A stretch of DNA of 64,000 bases from NCBI RefSeq assembly GCF_018977255.1, contig NW_024704742.1, positions 51,648,001-51,712,000 on the forward strand. Direction: 5' to 3'. A program made the translations under genes and the position numbers. The notes under the pieces were generated by a model, which searched no databases, was not told where the DNA came from, and worked only from the letters and a program-made list of their open reading frames with translations. Shown piece by piece: positions 24,444 through 35,559 of this stretch (positions are counted from its first letter, which is position 1; the number at the start of each line of letters is the position of its first letter). This DNA is from Callorhinchus milii. Its lineage: Eukaryota.

Positions 24444-25539
24444 GTGAGTGGAGCGCGCGCTCTCACAGTTCGCGTTATTTTTAAACCAAAGCAGTCGATA
24501 TTAAACTGAAAAAACATACGGCACAAACTGTGCAGACATTGCAATGCGACCGCCGCTGTGTGAGCTCGTTCCTACCCCCCCCCCCCCCCCACAGGGAGGG
24601 CTTGTGAGACCGGCTGAGCGACATGAGGCCTGGTCTCCCTCACACACTCACACACAACAGTCCTCAGTGTAGTGACCACCCGCTTTGCTGCCTGTCCCGG
24701 CGGGGGTCCGTGCCCTGGGCATGGTGAGGGGCAGGAGGGCAGGTCACAGCTGTGGGCGGTGCCGGGCCTGATCCCGGGCCTCTCTCGGCCACCACGTGGC
24801 TGAGCTCGAGGTGTTCCCTTCTGCCGGTTCAGGAGGGAGTGGCTCCATCCGCACCAACAGAGTCTGTGCTCATGCGGTGTCTGAGCCGACCCTTCCTTCC
24901 TTCCTCACCGCTGCCGTTCCTCAGTTACAATGTGATTATTCTCACAACAGTAGTTTCTTGGTCAGTTTACATTTCACTGACGTTTTCTCGTAAGATTTGC
25001 CCCATTCCACCCTTTATTTGAATATCTTGTCTCTATGTATGTACAGTACCACGCTCAATAAAATGAAAGGAGGTCATAGACTGATCCATAATTAATCTGC
25101 TTTGCCAAATTTGTACCCTTCACTATTCTATGGCCGCGTAGCATCTGTAGGTGGAATAATTTTAAAGGTCACCTATGACATTGAATGATAATGGCACATA
25201 GGAGAGTTAGCATCGTTTTCACGTTCCTTTCTCCCATTTCATCCGCATGGAAGCATGAGGTTCTGGGCAGTTGAAATGAAAAGCGGGTTTGTAATTCTAC
25301 ATGTCCTGTATCTGAGAGGAATGGCTTGAATTTGCTGTAAGAGGGTGAATTATTGGCTTGCCGTTCTGTAACAGGATGAATTGGGTACTGGATAGAAAAA
25401 TAGAATCTCAGCTGTGATGTAAAATAAAAACTTGCTGTAATGAGGTCACCTACACTTACTCATTTCTATCATGTCTTTCTACAACCCCTCTTCTCCCCCA
25501 CGGAATACTTGTGGAAATTCCAGGGTTTGAAATCAGAAT

Positions 25540-28500
25540 GCACATAGGTCATCGAATGTTTAAGGAGGTGGTCACCCCACAGCCAAAGAGGGTTCAGAAG
25601 GAGAATGAGTGGGTGACCACCCGGCATGGTTGGAAGGGGGGAACGGGCAGTACAGAAATTCCCTGAGAGTGTGGCACTCACAAACCGGATCTCTGTACTG
25701 AATACCGGTCAGGGCGATGACACCTCTGGGAAGGGGAGTCAAATGCAATTGTCATTGGGGACATAATGGTGAAAGGAGTAGACAGGTGTTTCTGCAACCA
25801 TAGACATGACTCTTGCATGGTATGTTGCCTCCCTGGTGCCAGGGTTGAAGACATCATGGAATGGGTGCAAAACTAGGGGGAACATCCAGAAGTCATGGTC
25901 CATGTTGGGATCCCTGACGTACGGAAAAAAAGGGCTGAGATCCCGTCAGGGAGAGTATCAGAAGCTAGGGAAAAGGCTAAAGAGTAGGACCTGAAAGGTG
26001 GTGATCTCTGGATTACTCCCAGTGCCTCGTGCAAGTGAGTATCAAAACAGTAGGATGAAACTCATGAATGCATGGCCTGAGAAATGGTGCAGAAAAGAGG
26101 GCTTCAGGTTCTTGAATCATTGGGAACAGTTTTGGGGCAGGTGGAACCTATACAAGGTGGATGGGTTTTTCCTGAACAGGACTGGGGCCAATGTCCTCGC
26201 AGGGAGGTTAACTCGTGCTGTGGGGAAGGGAATCAGGATATAGCATTTGAGAGGACAAACAAGTTACATAGAGGGCTGAGAGCGACAAATAGCAATGTAA
26301 TAAGGAGAAATCCAGAAAAAGGAGGGATTAGACGGGGGAGAAATGCAGAGCAGACTAAGTTGGTCTTGGAGTGCATGTGTGTAAATGCATGGGGTGTGAC
26401 GAATAAGATTGGTGAGCTGCAGGCTCAAGTTGCCACATGGAGTTATGATGATGTTCCAATAACGGAGACCTGGCTCAAACAAGAGCAGGAATTGGAGCTG
26501 AATATTCCTGGCTACAATGCATTCAGGAGGGATAGGGAAGGAAAAAAGGGAGTGCAGGTGGCAATATTGATTAAAGACATGGTTACGGCCCTGGAAAGGG
26601 ACGAAGTGCTAGCTGTTGCTCTGTTAGGTGTATACTGTAGACTACCTTTGGGAGAGACTAATAGAAATGTAATAAGTAATAATCCAGAAAAGGGAGGGAT
26701 TAGATGGGGGAGAATTGCAGAACAGACTTAAGTTCTCATCTCAGTACTTCTATAAAATCCATACTCTTTGGCTCTCGTCAACATCCAAATCTCACGGTTC
26801 TCACCTCCACCTACCCGATCTCCCCCTAAAACTCTCCGAACCTGTACGCAACCTAGGCGTCAGGTTCGACCCCCAATTATCCTTCCTCCCCCACATCCGG
26901 TCCCTCACCAGCGCCGCTTTCTTCCATCTCCGACGCATCGCCCATCTCCACCAGTACATCTCTCCGAAAGCCTCTGAAACCCTGGTCCATGCCTTTGTCA
27001 CCTCTCGGCTAAACTATTCAAACGCCCTCCTCGCCGGCCTCCCATCCACTACCATCCATAAAATCCAGATTATTCAAAACTGCCACCCGCATTCTCACCC
27101 GCACCAAACTCCGCTCCCCGATCACCCCAGCCCTTGCCAGACTGCACTGGCTGCCTATCCCAGAGAGGATCAACTGCAAGATCCTCACCCTTGTATTCAA
27201 ATCCCTCCACTTTTCTGCACCCCCCTGTCTCTCTGACCTCCTCAAAACAGTGCCCGTTGCCTTCATTCCTCTGGGTCTGGCCTCCTCCTTGTCCCTCGAG
27301 TCCTCCGCTCCACCCTTGGTGGCTGTGCCTTCAGCCATTATGCCCAGAGGCTATGGAACTCCCTTCCTCACTCCCTTCGCCTCACCCCCTCTCTTCCTAT
27401 TTTCAGGTCTCTGCTGAAGACCTTCCTTTTCGACCTTTGGTCATCTTCCTCCCCCTCTCCCTGGCTCGGCCCCGGGATCCGTTACGGTGAAGCGCTCTGA
27501 GATGCCGTCCGGCGTGGAGGCTGCTATATAAATCCAAGTTGTTATTACCAAATAGCGGGAAGGAGATAGACAAGCAAATCTGCAAGCAGATTTCAGGAAG
27601 ATGGAAAACCCAATAGAGTAGTGATAATGGGGGGGCTTCAATTATCCTATCATAGCCTGGCAAAATAACAATGTAAAGGGCAAGGAGGAGGAAGGATTCC
27701 TGAAATGTGTGCAGGATAACTTTCTGGATCAGTATGTTTCCAACCCAACAAGGAGGGAAGCAGTGCTGGATCTGGTTCTGGGGAAAGAAGTAGGGCAAGT
27801 GGAGCAGGTTTCAGTAGGAGAGCACCTGGACAACGGTGATCACAACATCATTAGGTTTAGAGTACTTATGGAAAGGGACAAGGAGTAATCAAAGGTGAAG
27901 ATACTCAACTGGGAGAGGGCTAATTTTAGTGAGTTAAAAAGGGACCGAGCCAAGGTGGACTGGAAAGAAAGATTGGCAGGTAAAACAGCTAATGAGCAAT
28001 GGGAAGCCTTCAAGGAGGTCATAGTTCGGGGACAGAACAAATAGATTCCCACAAAGGGCAAAGGTAGGGCATCCAAACCTCCCTGGATGAATAAGGAAAT
28101 TGGGATTAAAATAAAACAGAAAAGGGAGGCTTATGATAAATGTCAGGTCCAAAATACCGGAAATAATCAAATAGAATATAGAAAGTACAGAGGAGAACTG
28201 AAAAAGGAGGGGCAAAGAGATTGTATGAGAAAAGATTAGCGGGTAACATCAAAGGGAACCCTGAGGTATTTTATAAGCATATAAAGAATAAAAGGTTTGT
28301 CAAAGGTAGGGTGAGTTCAATGAGAGGCCAAAGAGGGAATCTTCTTGTGGAGGCAGAGGGCATGGCTGACATACTGAATGAGTACTTTGCATCTGTCTTC
28401 ACAAAACAAGAGGATGCAACCAATACTGTATCGGAGGAGAGTAGAGAAATTGGATAAGATAAGAATAAGCCGAGAGGAGGTACTGATAAGATTGTCAGTA

Positions 28501-29860
28501 CTCGAGGTAGATCAGTCTTCCTGTCCGAATTGGATGCATCCTAGGTTACTGAGGGAAGTAAAGGTGAAAATAGCAAAGGCTCTGGCCACAATCTTTCAAT
28601 CCTCCTTGGACACCGGGGTGGTACCAGAGGACTGGAGGGTTGCAAATGTTACTCCCCTGTACAAAAAGGGGCAGAAGAATAAACCAGGAACTACAGGCCA
28701 GTCAGCCTAGCGTCATTAGTGGGGAAACTTCTAGTGACTATAATGTGGGACAAAATTAATTTTCACTTAGCAAAATATGGCTTAAAGGACAGGCAACACG
28801 GATTTGTTAAAGGCAAATCATGTCTAACAAACCTGACGAGTTTTTTGATGAAGTAACGGAGAAGGTGGATGAAGGTAGTGCAGTTGATGTAGTTTATATG
28901 GATTTTTAAAAGGCGTTTGATAAAGTGCCACATAAGAGACTTGTGAGCAAAATCAAAGCCCACGGTATTAAAGAGACAGTGGCAGCATTGGTTACAGAAC
29001 TGGCTGGGAGACAGATAGCAGAGAGTGCTGGTGAATGGTTGTTTTTCTGACAGGAGGGAAGACATGGACAGACATGTGGCAGATGACGGTTAATGTGGAG
29101 TGATACGTTTCAGAAGGAAGAATTAGGAGAGGCGTTATAAGCTTGAAGATACAATCTTAAAGGGGCTGAAGGGGCAGAGAGACCTGGGGTTTATATAAGT
29201 AAATCTTTGAAGGTGGCAGGACAGATAGATAAAGCTGTTAAAAAAGCATACAGGCTACTCGGCTTTATAAATAGGGACATAGAATACAAAAGTCAGGAAG
29301 TTATCATAAACCTTTATAAAACACTGGTTAGGCCTCAGCTAGAGACTGTGTTCAGTTCTGGGCCTCCCCACATTTTGGGAAGGATGTCAAGGCATTGGAG
29401 AGGGTACAAAGGAAATTTACCAGGAATGAGGAACTTCAGTTATCAGGAGAGACTAGAGAAACTAGGATTATTCTCCTTGGAGCAGAGAAGGTTAAGAGGA
29501 GACTTAATAGAAGTTTTCAAAATTATGAGGGGTTCAATAGGATGAACAAGGAGAAACTATTTCCACTGGCGGGTGGAAGTAACCCAAGGGCACCGATTTA
29601 AAATAGTTGTTAAAAGAAATGGGAGGTGAGGAGAAATTTTTTCACACAGTGAGTTCGGATCTGGAATGCATTGCCTGAAAGGGTGGTGGAAACCGATTCC
29701 GTAACAACTTTTAAGAGAAGTAGATAATTATTTAGGGAGGACAAGTTTGCAGGGGCTATAGGGAGAGCGGGGGAGTGGGATTGAATTGGATAACTCTTTT
29801 CAAAGAGCCGGCACAGACACGATGGGCCGAATGGGGGGGGCGCATCCTGCTTTAATAATT
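25540..29860 (+). mobile_element. decayed near-full-length CR1 LINE (ORF1 esterase, APE endonuclease, RT, 3' UTR) in a host-gene intron
   Basis: ORF1 reads VIGD..V.G.D..FC, MVCCLPGARV and LN..GANVLA. The endonuclease reads CVNA, ITETWL, IPGY..FRRDR and MGGFNYP. The RT region reads VPEDWRVANVTPLYKKG and QHGF.KGKSCLTNL. The C-terminus reads LYKTLVRPQLE and LEQRRLRGDLIEVFKI. Confidence 0.93.
26736..27545 (+). mobile_element. 5'-truncated L2 (second subfamily, 'L2-B') nested in the CR1
   Basis: Translates as VRNLGVRFDPQLSF..HI...SRLNYSNALLAGLP and ends in TATATAAATCCAAGTTGTTAT. TACC is duplicated at 26643-26646 and 27546-27549. Confidence 0.9.
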
Positions 29861-30184
29861 CTGGAGTGAATTAGACACAGGTTGGAAACAAGTAAGACTT
29901 AGGATCCTCAGAGTATGTATTGAGGTAATGGGCTGCAGTTTTAATCTGTATAGCCTGTCATTCAAAGTGTTTGCCCTCCCCGATCTCCTTTGTTTCAAGC
30001 AGTATCCTATTTTTTGGTTAAAAATGTTATTTTTATGTAGGGTGCATATGCAGCTGATTTGCATTGATGAAGATTGTCAGAATGAATGAATCTGAAAGTA
30101 ATAATGGACTATGAGGTATGGATAATCAATTTCTCTTAAAACTAAAGTATCTGTCTGCATACCTTAATAATAATTAATAAATAA

Positions 30185-30317
30185 TCCCTTTCCAGCTTTG
30201 CCCATTTGAGACCGACTGTGTCTTTAAGTGGCCAACACAGAAGGGTAAATAATTTTCTCTCAAAAACCCAAAGTAAAAGGTTTGTCAGTGCTTTGGATCC
30301 TGTCGGGAGAAACATTT
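30185..30317 (+). ncRNA. SNORA26: H/ACA snoRNA SNORA26, copy 1
   Basis: Two hairpins (CCCTT..AAGGG; TCTC..GAGA), H box AAATAA at 30247-30252 and ACA at 30312-30314. Contains the recalled SNORA26 signatures AACACAGAAGGG, AAAACCCA and CTTTGGATCCTGTC. Confidence 0.88.
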
Positions 30318-30840
30318 TCTACATAAAACTAGTTAAAATAAATATTTATGAAGGTGACATTTCAGATGTACAATTTCTACATCTGTTCAATTTGTTATGG
30401 TAGGGTTTCTGTTCATATTTATAACTGATTGTCACCATTAACAATATATTCTAAAGTATTCGTTGGTAACTAATTAAGCTTGAAAAGATACTTTATTAAC
30501 CCGTCCTTTGAATGTAATGTCTTGTCATTAAGAATACACCACAGAACCATCATAACTGTAGGTTTCATATTGCATGTGTGAGAGTTTGCATTTTCTCATG
30601 GATATGTACATGTCCTGCCAATTATAGCTTAAATTACAATTAAGGATGGTGAAACCTGATGTAAATAATATTATAATAATAAATGTTTGAAATGTTGGTA
30701 CTAAAATCTTGTGCAAAAAAACAATGATTTTGCTTTTATTACAGAAATTGAATAAACTGATCTGTCCTGGAAACGGAAAGCTGTAGCAAATGTTACTTTG
30801 GCGTATATGAGGTATGACGAGTAAATTAAACTTTCTTTTG

Positions 30841-30974
30841 GTCCCCTTCCAGCTTTGCCCATCTAAGGCTAACTGTGCCTTAAAGTGGCCAACACAGAGG
30901 GGAAGATTGTTTTCTCTCTAAAACCCTAAGCAAAAATATTGTTTGTGCTTTGGATCCTGTCGAGAGGAACAATG
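30841..30974 (+). ncRNA. SNORA26: H/ACA snoRNA SNORA26, copy 2 (non-canonical H box AGATTG)
   Basis: TAAAAC and CCTGTC pocket strands are complementary to the recalled 28S sequence GACAGGUUAGUUUUA. ACA at 30969-30971. Confidence 0.82.
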
Positions 30975-31602
30975 ATATTTTCTCTTCTTGAAATGAATGC
31001 TTTGGTAGCTTTACAATTGCTGCAACAACAAATGAATGAGGAATTCAGTGTACCAATGTAGATAGAATGCAGAAATGACTAACAAATTGACATGTTTGAA
31101 AGCCTACATAAAACTAGGTTAGTTTTATGTAGGCTTTCATATAACATCCATAGAATAAAACTATGGATATTATATATTATGACTAGCACACAGCCTCTTT
31201 ATCACCTTACACCATTTATAATAATGGATTCTGATTGGGAGTCATGTCTATATAATGATTTTCTATTTCTGCAAGCTGTCGACAGTAAACTGAAAACTCG
31301 ACCACTTGAGTTGTCATGCTGTCAATATCCCGGCCGCATTTCTTTATATATTTATACATATGCTTAACCTACCACTTCTGATAAAATCACTAAGACCCTT
31401 TCCCTTGGAGTGACGAGTATCCTATTCTTTGGTTAAAAATGTTATTTTTATGTAGGGTGCACATGCAGCTGATTTGCATTGATGAAGATTGTCAGAATGA
31501 ATGAATCTGAAAGTAATACTGGACCATGAGGTATGGGTGATCAATTTCTCTTAAAACTAAAGTATCTGTCTGCATATCTTAATAATAATTAATGAATAAT
31601 AA

Positions 31603-31734
31603 TCCCTTTCCAGCTTTGCCCATTTGAGACCGACTGTGTCTTAAGTGGCCAACACAGAAGGGTAAATAATTTTCTCTCAAAAACCCAAAGTAAAAGGTTT
31701 GTCAGTGCTTTGGATCCTGTCGGGAGAAACATTT
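31603..31734 (+). ncRNA. SNORA26: H/ACA snoRNA SNORA26, copy 3 (duplicate of copy 1)
   Basis: As copy 1; ACA at 31729-31731. Confidence 0.88.
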
Positions 31735-32257
31735 TCTACATAAAACTAGTTAAAATAAATATTTATGAAGGTGACATTTCAGATGTACAATTTCTACATC
31801 TGTTCAATTTGTTATGGTAGGGTTTCTGTTCATATTTATAACTGATTGTCACCATTAACAATATATTCTAAAGTATTCGTTGGTAACTAATTAAGCTTGA
31901 AAAGATACTTTATTAACCCGTCCTTTGAATGTAATGTCTTGTCATTAAGAATACACCACAGCACCATCATAACTGTAGGTTTCATATTGCATGTGTGAGA
32001 GTTTGCATTTTCTCATGGATATGTACATGTCCTGCCAATTATAGCTTAAATTAAAATTAAGGATGGTGAAACCTGATGTAAATAATATTATAATAATGAA
32101 TGTTTGAAATGTTGGTACTAAAATCTTGTGCAAAAAACCAATGATTTTGTTTTTATTACAGAAATTGAATAAACTGATCTGTCCTGGAAACGGAAAGCTG
32201 TAGCAAATGTTACTTTGGAGTATATGAGGTACGACGAGTAAATTAAACTTTCTTTTG

Positions 32258-32391
32258 GTCCCCTTCCAGCTTTGCCCATCTAAGGCTAACTGTGCCTTAA
32301 AGTGGCCAACACAGAGGGGAAGATTGTTTTCTCTCTAAAACCCTAAGCAAAAATATTGTTTGTGCTTTGGATCCTGTCGAGAGGAACAATG
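32258..32391 (+). ncRNA. SNORA26: H/ACA snoRNA SNORA26, copy 4 (duplicate of copy 2)
   Basis: As copy 2; ACA at 32386-32388. Confidence 0.82.
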
Positions 32392-33074
32392 ATATTTTCT
32401 CTTCTTGAAATGAATGCTTTGGTAGCTTTACAATTGCTGCAACAACAAATGAATGAGGAATTCAGTGTACCAATGTAGATAGAATGCAGAAATGACTAAC
32501 AAATTGACATGTTTGAAAGCCTACATAAAACTAGGTTAGTTTTATGTAGGCTTTCATATAACATCCATAGAATAAAACCATGGATATTACATATTGTGAC
32601 TAGCACACAGCCTCTTTATCACCTTACACCATTTATAATAATGGATTCTGATTGGGAGTCATGTCTATATAATGATTTTCTATTTCTGCAAGCTGTCGAC
32701 AGTAAACTCCTGAAAACTCGACCACTTGAGTTGTCATGCTGTCAATATCCCGGCCGCATTTCTTTATATATTTATACATATGCCTAACCTACCACTTCTG
32801 ATAAAATCACTAAGACCCTTTCCCTTGGAGTGACGAGTTATCAGGAATTTATTGTATTTGCATGTTGTTATTTATGATTATTTATTTGATGTGAAAGTGA
32901 ACTATTTTATAGTTTGCTTGCAGTACCGGCAAAGAAATGAAGTTATGACCATGATTTTACTTGGAACATGATTTATCTGGTGGTGTGAAAATGTTTATTC
33001 AGTACTCAGTTAGTGGCACAGTGTAGGGCAAGAGATGGGGGAGAGATAAAGAAAACGGAGGGAGGGAAATAGAA

Positions 33075-33258
33075 AACAACAAAATTAAATTTGTAAAGTG
33101 CCTTTCCCACCAGGAGGACATCCCAAGCCACTAAACAGTCCAGGGATCAGGACCCGACTCGGTGGGGGGTTGGTGGTGGCAGGGTTGGGGTGGGGGGGAG
33201 GTAGAGAGGTAGGAGGGAGGCTGAAGGCATGTTTGAAACGGAGGATCTTGAAGGAGGC
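33075..33258 (-). mobile_element. L2 3' tail fragment
   Basis: CAACAAAATTA..GTGCCTTTC..CAGGAGGACATCCCAAG is the reverse complement of the L2 tail. Confidence 0.7.
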
Positions 33259-33455
33259 AAATATGCTTTGGACCCTGTCGAGAGGAAAACTCTACAAAGT
33301 ATTTGAGACTTGGACAGAAAGAGAGAGAATGGCTTAGATCAGTGGTAATATAGTCATAATGTTATGCAAGAATTTTTTGGTGACTGCTACAGACAATTTA
33401 TTCTATATGGTGACCAAATCTGCAGTGTTAAATATATAAATGCAAATTGTTGTTG

Positions 33456-33665
33456 GCCCCGTTTGCCATCAAAGAAAACTGCTCTGAAGTGGCCAACAGA
33501 AGCGATAGGCTCAGATTTTTCTCTTAAAACCCAAGGTAAACCCTGCCCCCATCCCCGGCTCGGCGTTGTGCTCCAGCACTGTCAAGTTCTATGGGACACC
33601 ACCCTGCGTGAGGGGCGCTATATAAATGCAAGTTGTTCTAAAAGGTCACATGTATAACCCAAGGA
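33456..33665 (+). pseudogene. decayed SNORA26 copy 5, interrupted by an L2-type 3' tail (33541-33638)
   Basis: AAGTGGCCAACAG and CTCTTAAAACCCAAGGTAAA are retained, but the GGATCCTGTC arm is missing. TAAA is duplicated around the insert. Confidence 0.7.
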
Positions 33666-33989
33666 ATCAACCATCACAGCAGTGCTTCCCACATCTTTTG
33701 AATCACTTCCTTATCCTCAGTGCAGATTACGGTTTCTATTCTTATTACCGTTGGTTTAAGGGCTTCTATAAGTGAAAGGCTAACATGGATAGGTGGCAAG
33801 AAACTGAACGCAGATGGAAAAACTGGAACTTGAGAAGCACATTAACTGGATTTTTTTTGGTTGAACTAATTTGCTTTTCTTCACACAGAGGTCAAATACA
33901 TTAGATGGACTAACAAAGAGCTGCCATTATACCGGGTCTTGAAATTTTCGAGATCAATATGAGGTATGAATTTAACTGTCCATTTTCCA

Positions 33990-34123
33990 TGCCCTTTCCA
34001 GCTTTGCCCATCTAAGATGAACCATGTCTTAAGTGGCCAACACAAAAGGGTAGAGCAGATTCTCTCTAAAACCCAAAGCAAAAGATCATGTCTATGCTTT
34101 GGATCCTGTCGAGAGGAACAATG
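33990..34123 (+). ncRNA. SNORA26: H/ACA snoRNA SNORA26, copy 6
   Basis: Canonical H box AGAGCA, TAAAAC/CCTGTC pocket, and ACA at 34118-34120. Confidence 0.9.
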
Positions 34124-34804
34124 GTGTTTTCTCTTGTTGAAATTAATTGCGTTGGTAGCTTTACTATTGCTGCAACATCAAATGAATGAGAAATTCAGTG
34201 TACCAATGTAGAATTAACTGACTAATTGACATGTTTGAAAGCCTTTCAAGGATGTTATATGTTGTGACTATCCTCTGTGTCACCTTACAATGTTTACAAT
34301 GGATTCTAATTTGGAGTTGTATCTACATAATGATTTTCTATTTCTGCACCCTGTCTACGGTAAACTCCTGAAAACTTGACCACTTGTGTTGTGCTGTCAA
34401 TATCACAGCCTTATTTATTTAGTTATTTATATATATGCCTAACCCGTCCTCCTGATAACATCACTAAGCCCCCTTTCCCTTGAAGTGATGAGTTATCAGG
34501 AGCTTATTGTATTTGCATGTTTACTATTTACCTTCCATGTGAAAGTTTGAGCTTAGGGTGTGTTGCAATACAAGCAAAGAAATGTAGTTATGATCATGAT
34601 TTTATTTGGAACATGATTTATCAGTGATACTTAGTAATCAGTGTAGGAGTAATCAGTTAGTGGTAAGAGATGGGGAGAGATGAAGAAAACAGGGAGAGAA
34701 AATGAAAATCTTACAAAGTTGGTGAGACGGGCAGTGTGATACTCTAGTTATAATGTTATGGAAGAATTTTTTGGTTACTGCGAAAGGTAATCTATTCTAT
34801 TCTA

Positions 34805-34890
34805 AACTGTTCTGAAGTGGCCAACAGAAAAGACATGGCAGATTTTTTTCTAAAACCCAAGGTAAAAAGTCACATGTATAACCACAACAG
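34805..34890 (+). pseudogene. decayed SNORA26 copy 7
   Basis: AAGTGGCCAACAG...TTCTAAAACCCAAGGTAAAA is present, but the 5' and 3' arms are lost. Paralogous to copy 5. Confidence 0.65.
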
Positions 34891-35208
34891 CAATGGTTCC
34901 GCATCTTTTGAATCACTTCCTTATCCTCAATGCAGATTATGGTTTCTCTATTTTTATTACCGTTAGTTTAAGGGCTTCTGTAAGTGAAAGGCTGGCATGG
35001 ATAGGGGGCAAGAAACTGAACTGAATGCAGATGAAACAACTGGAATTTGAGAAGCATATTAACTTTTTTGGGGGGTTGAACTAATTTCCTTTTCTTCGTA
35101 CAGGTACTCAAACACATCAGATGGAGTAGCAAAGAGCTGCCATAATGCCGTGTCTTGAAACTTTTGAGACCAATATGAGGTATGAATTATTTAAGTGTCC
35201 ATTTTCAA

Positions 35209-35336
35209 TGCCCTTTCCAGCTTTGCCCATCTAAGATAAACCATGTCTTAAGTGGCCAACACGGTAGAGCAGATTCTATCAAAAACCCAGAGTAAAAGAT
35301 CATGTCGGTGCTTTGGATCCTGTCGGGATCACATTC
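35209..35336 (+). ncRNA. SNORA26: H/ACA snoRNA SNORA26, copy 8 (about 5-nt deletion in the 5' basal stem)
   Basis: H box AGAGCA, GGATCCTGTC and ACA at 35331-35333. AACACAAAAGGG is reduced to AACACGG. Confidence 0.75.
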
Positions 35337-35559
35337 AATTTCATTGTACTTTAATGCGTTTCAAAGCAATGTGACCAAAAGAAAACTGGTGAAGATAAAA
35401 TGAAAATAAGCATAGAAAACTCTGCTATTCATGTCCCCTCGAGTATTACAGTGCTATTATAATTGGTTCCCTGTTCTTGCAGGAGGTGAATAAAGTAGAC
35501 CAGGAACAAGTAAATGCAAGTTTATGGAAAACAGTTGCAGGAAGATGGTATGAAAATAT

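Larger units (their letters stand above)
30001..32835. repeat. recent tandem duplication, two near-identical units of about 1.42 kb (30001-31415 and 31416-32835)
   Basis: The units align end to end with scattered substitutions and small indels, and there is AGT microhomology at the junction. Confidence 0.95.
24412..35540 (+). ncRNA. DANCR: SNORA26 host lncRNA, positional orthologue of DANCR/SNHG13; predicted exons ~24412-24443, (24925-24989), 30041-30115, 30745-30811, 31456-31530, 32162-32228, 33889-33963, 35104-35179, 35483-?
   Basis: Short AG/GT-bounded exons of 67-76 nt all end in ATGAG|GTA and each is followed by a SNORA26 copy. I found no long ORF. The gene is divergent from USP46, as human DANCR is. 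The 3' end is undefined. Confidence 0.7.

Noticed and set aside
30190..30245. Second rRNA target for the SNORA26 5' hairpin (18S GUGUUCAAAGC or 28S GUGAGCUGG)
   Set aside because: Each candidate pairs well with only one side of the pocket, so no target was assigned.
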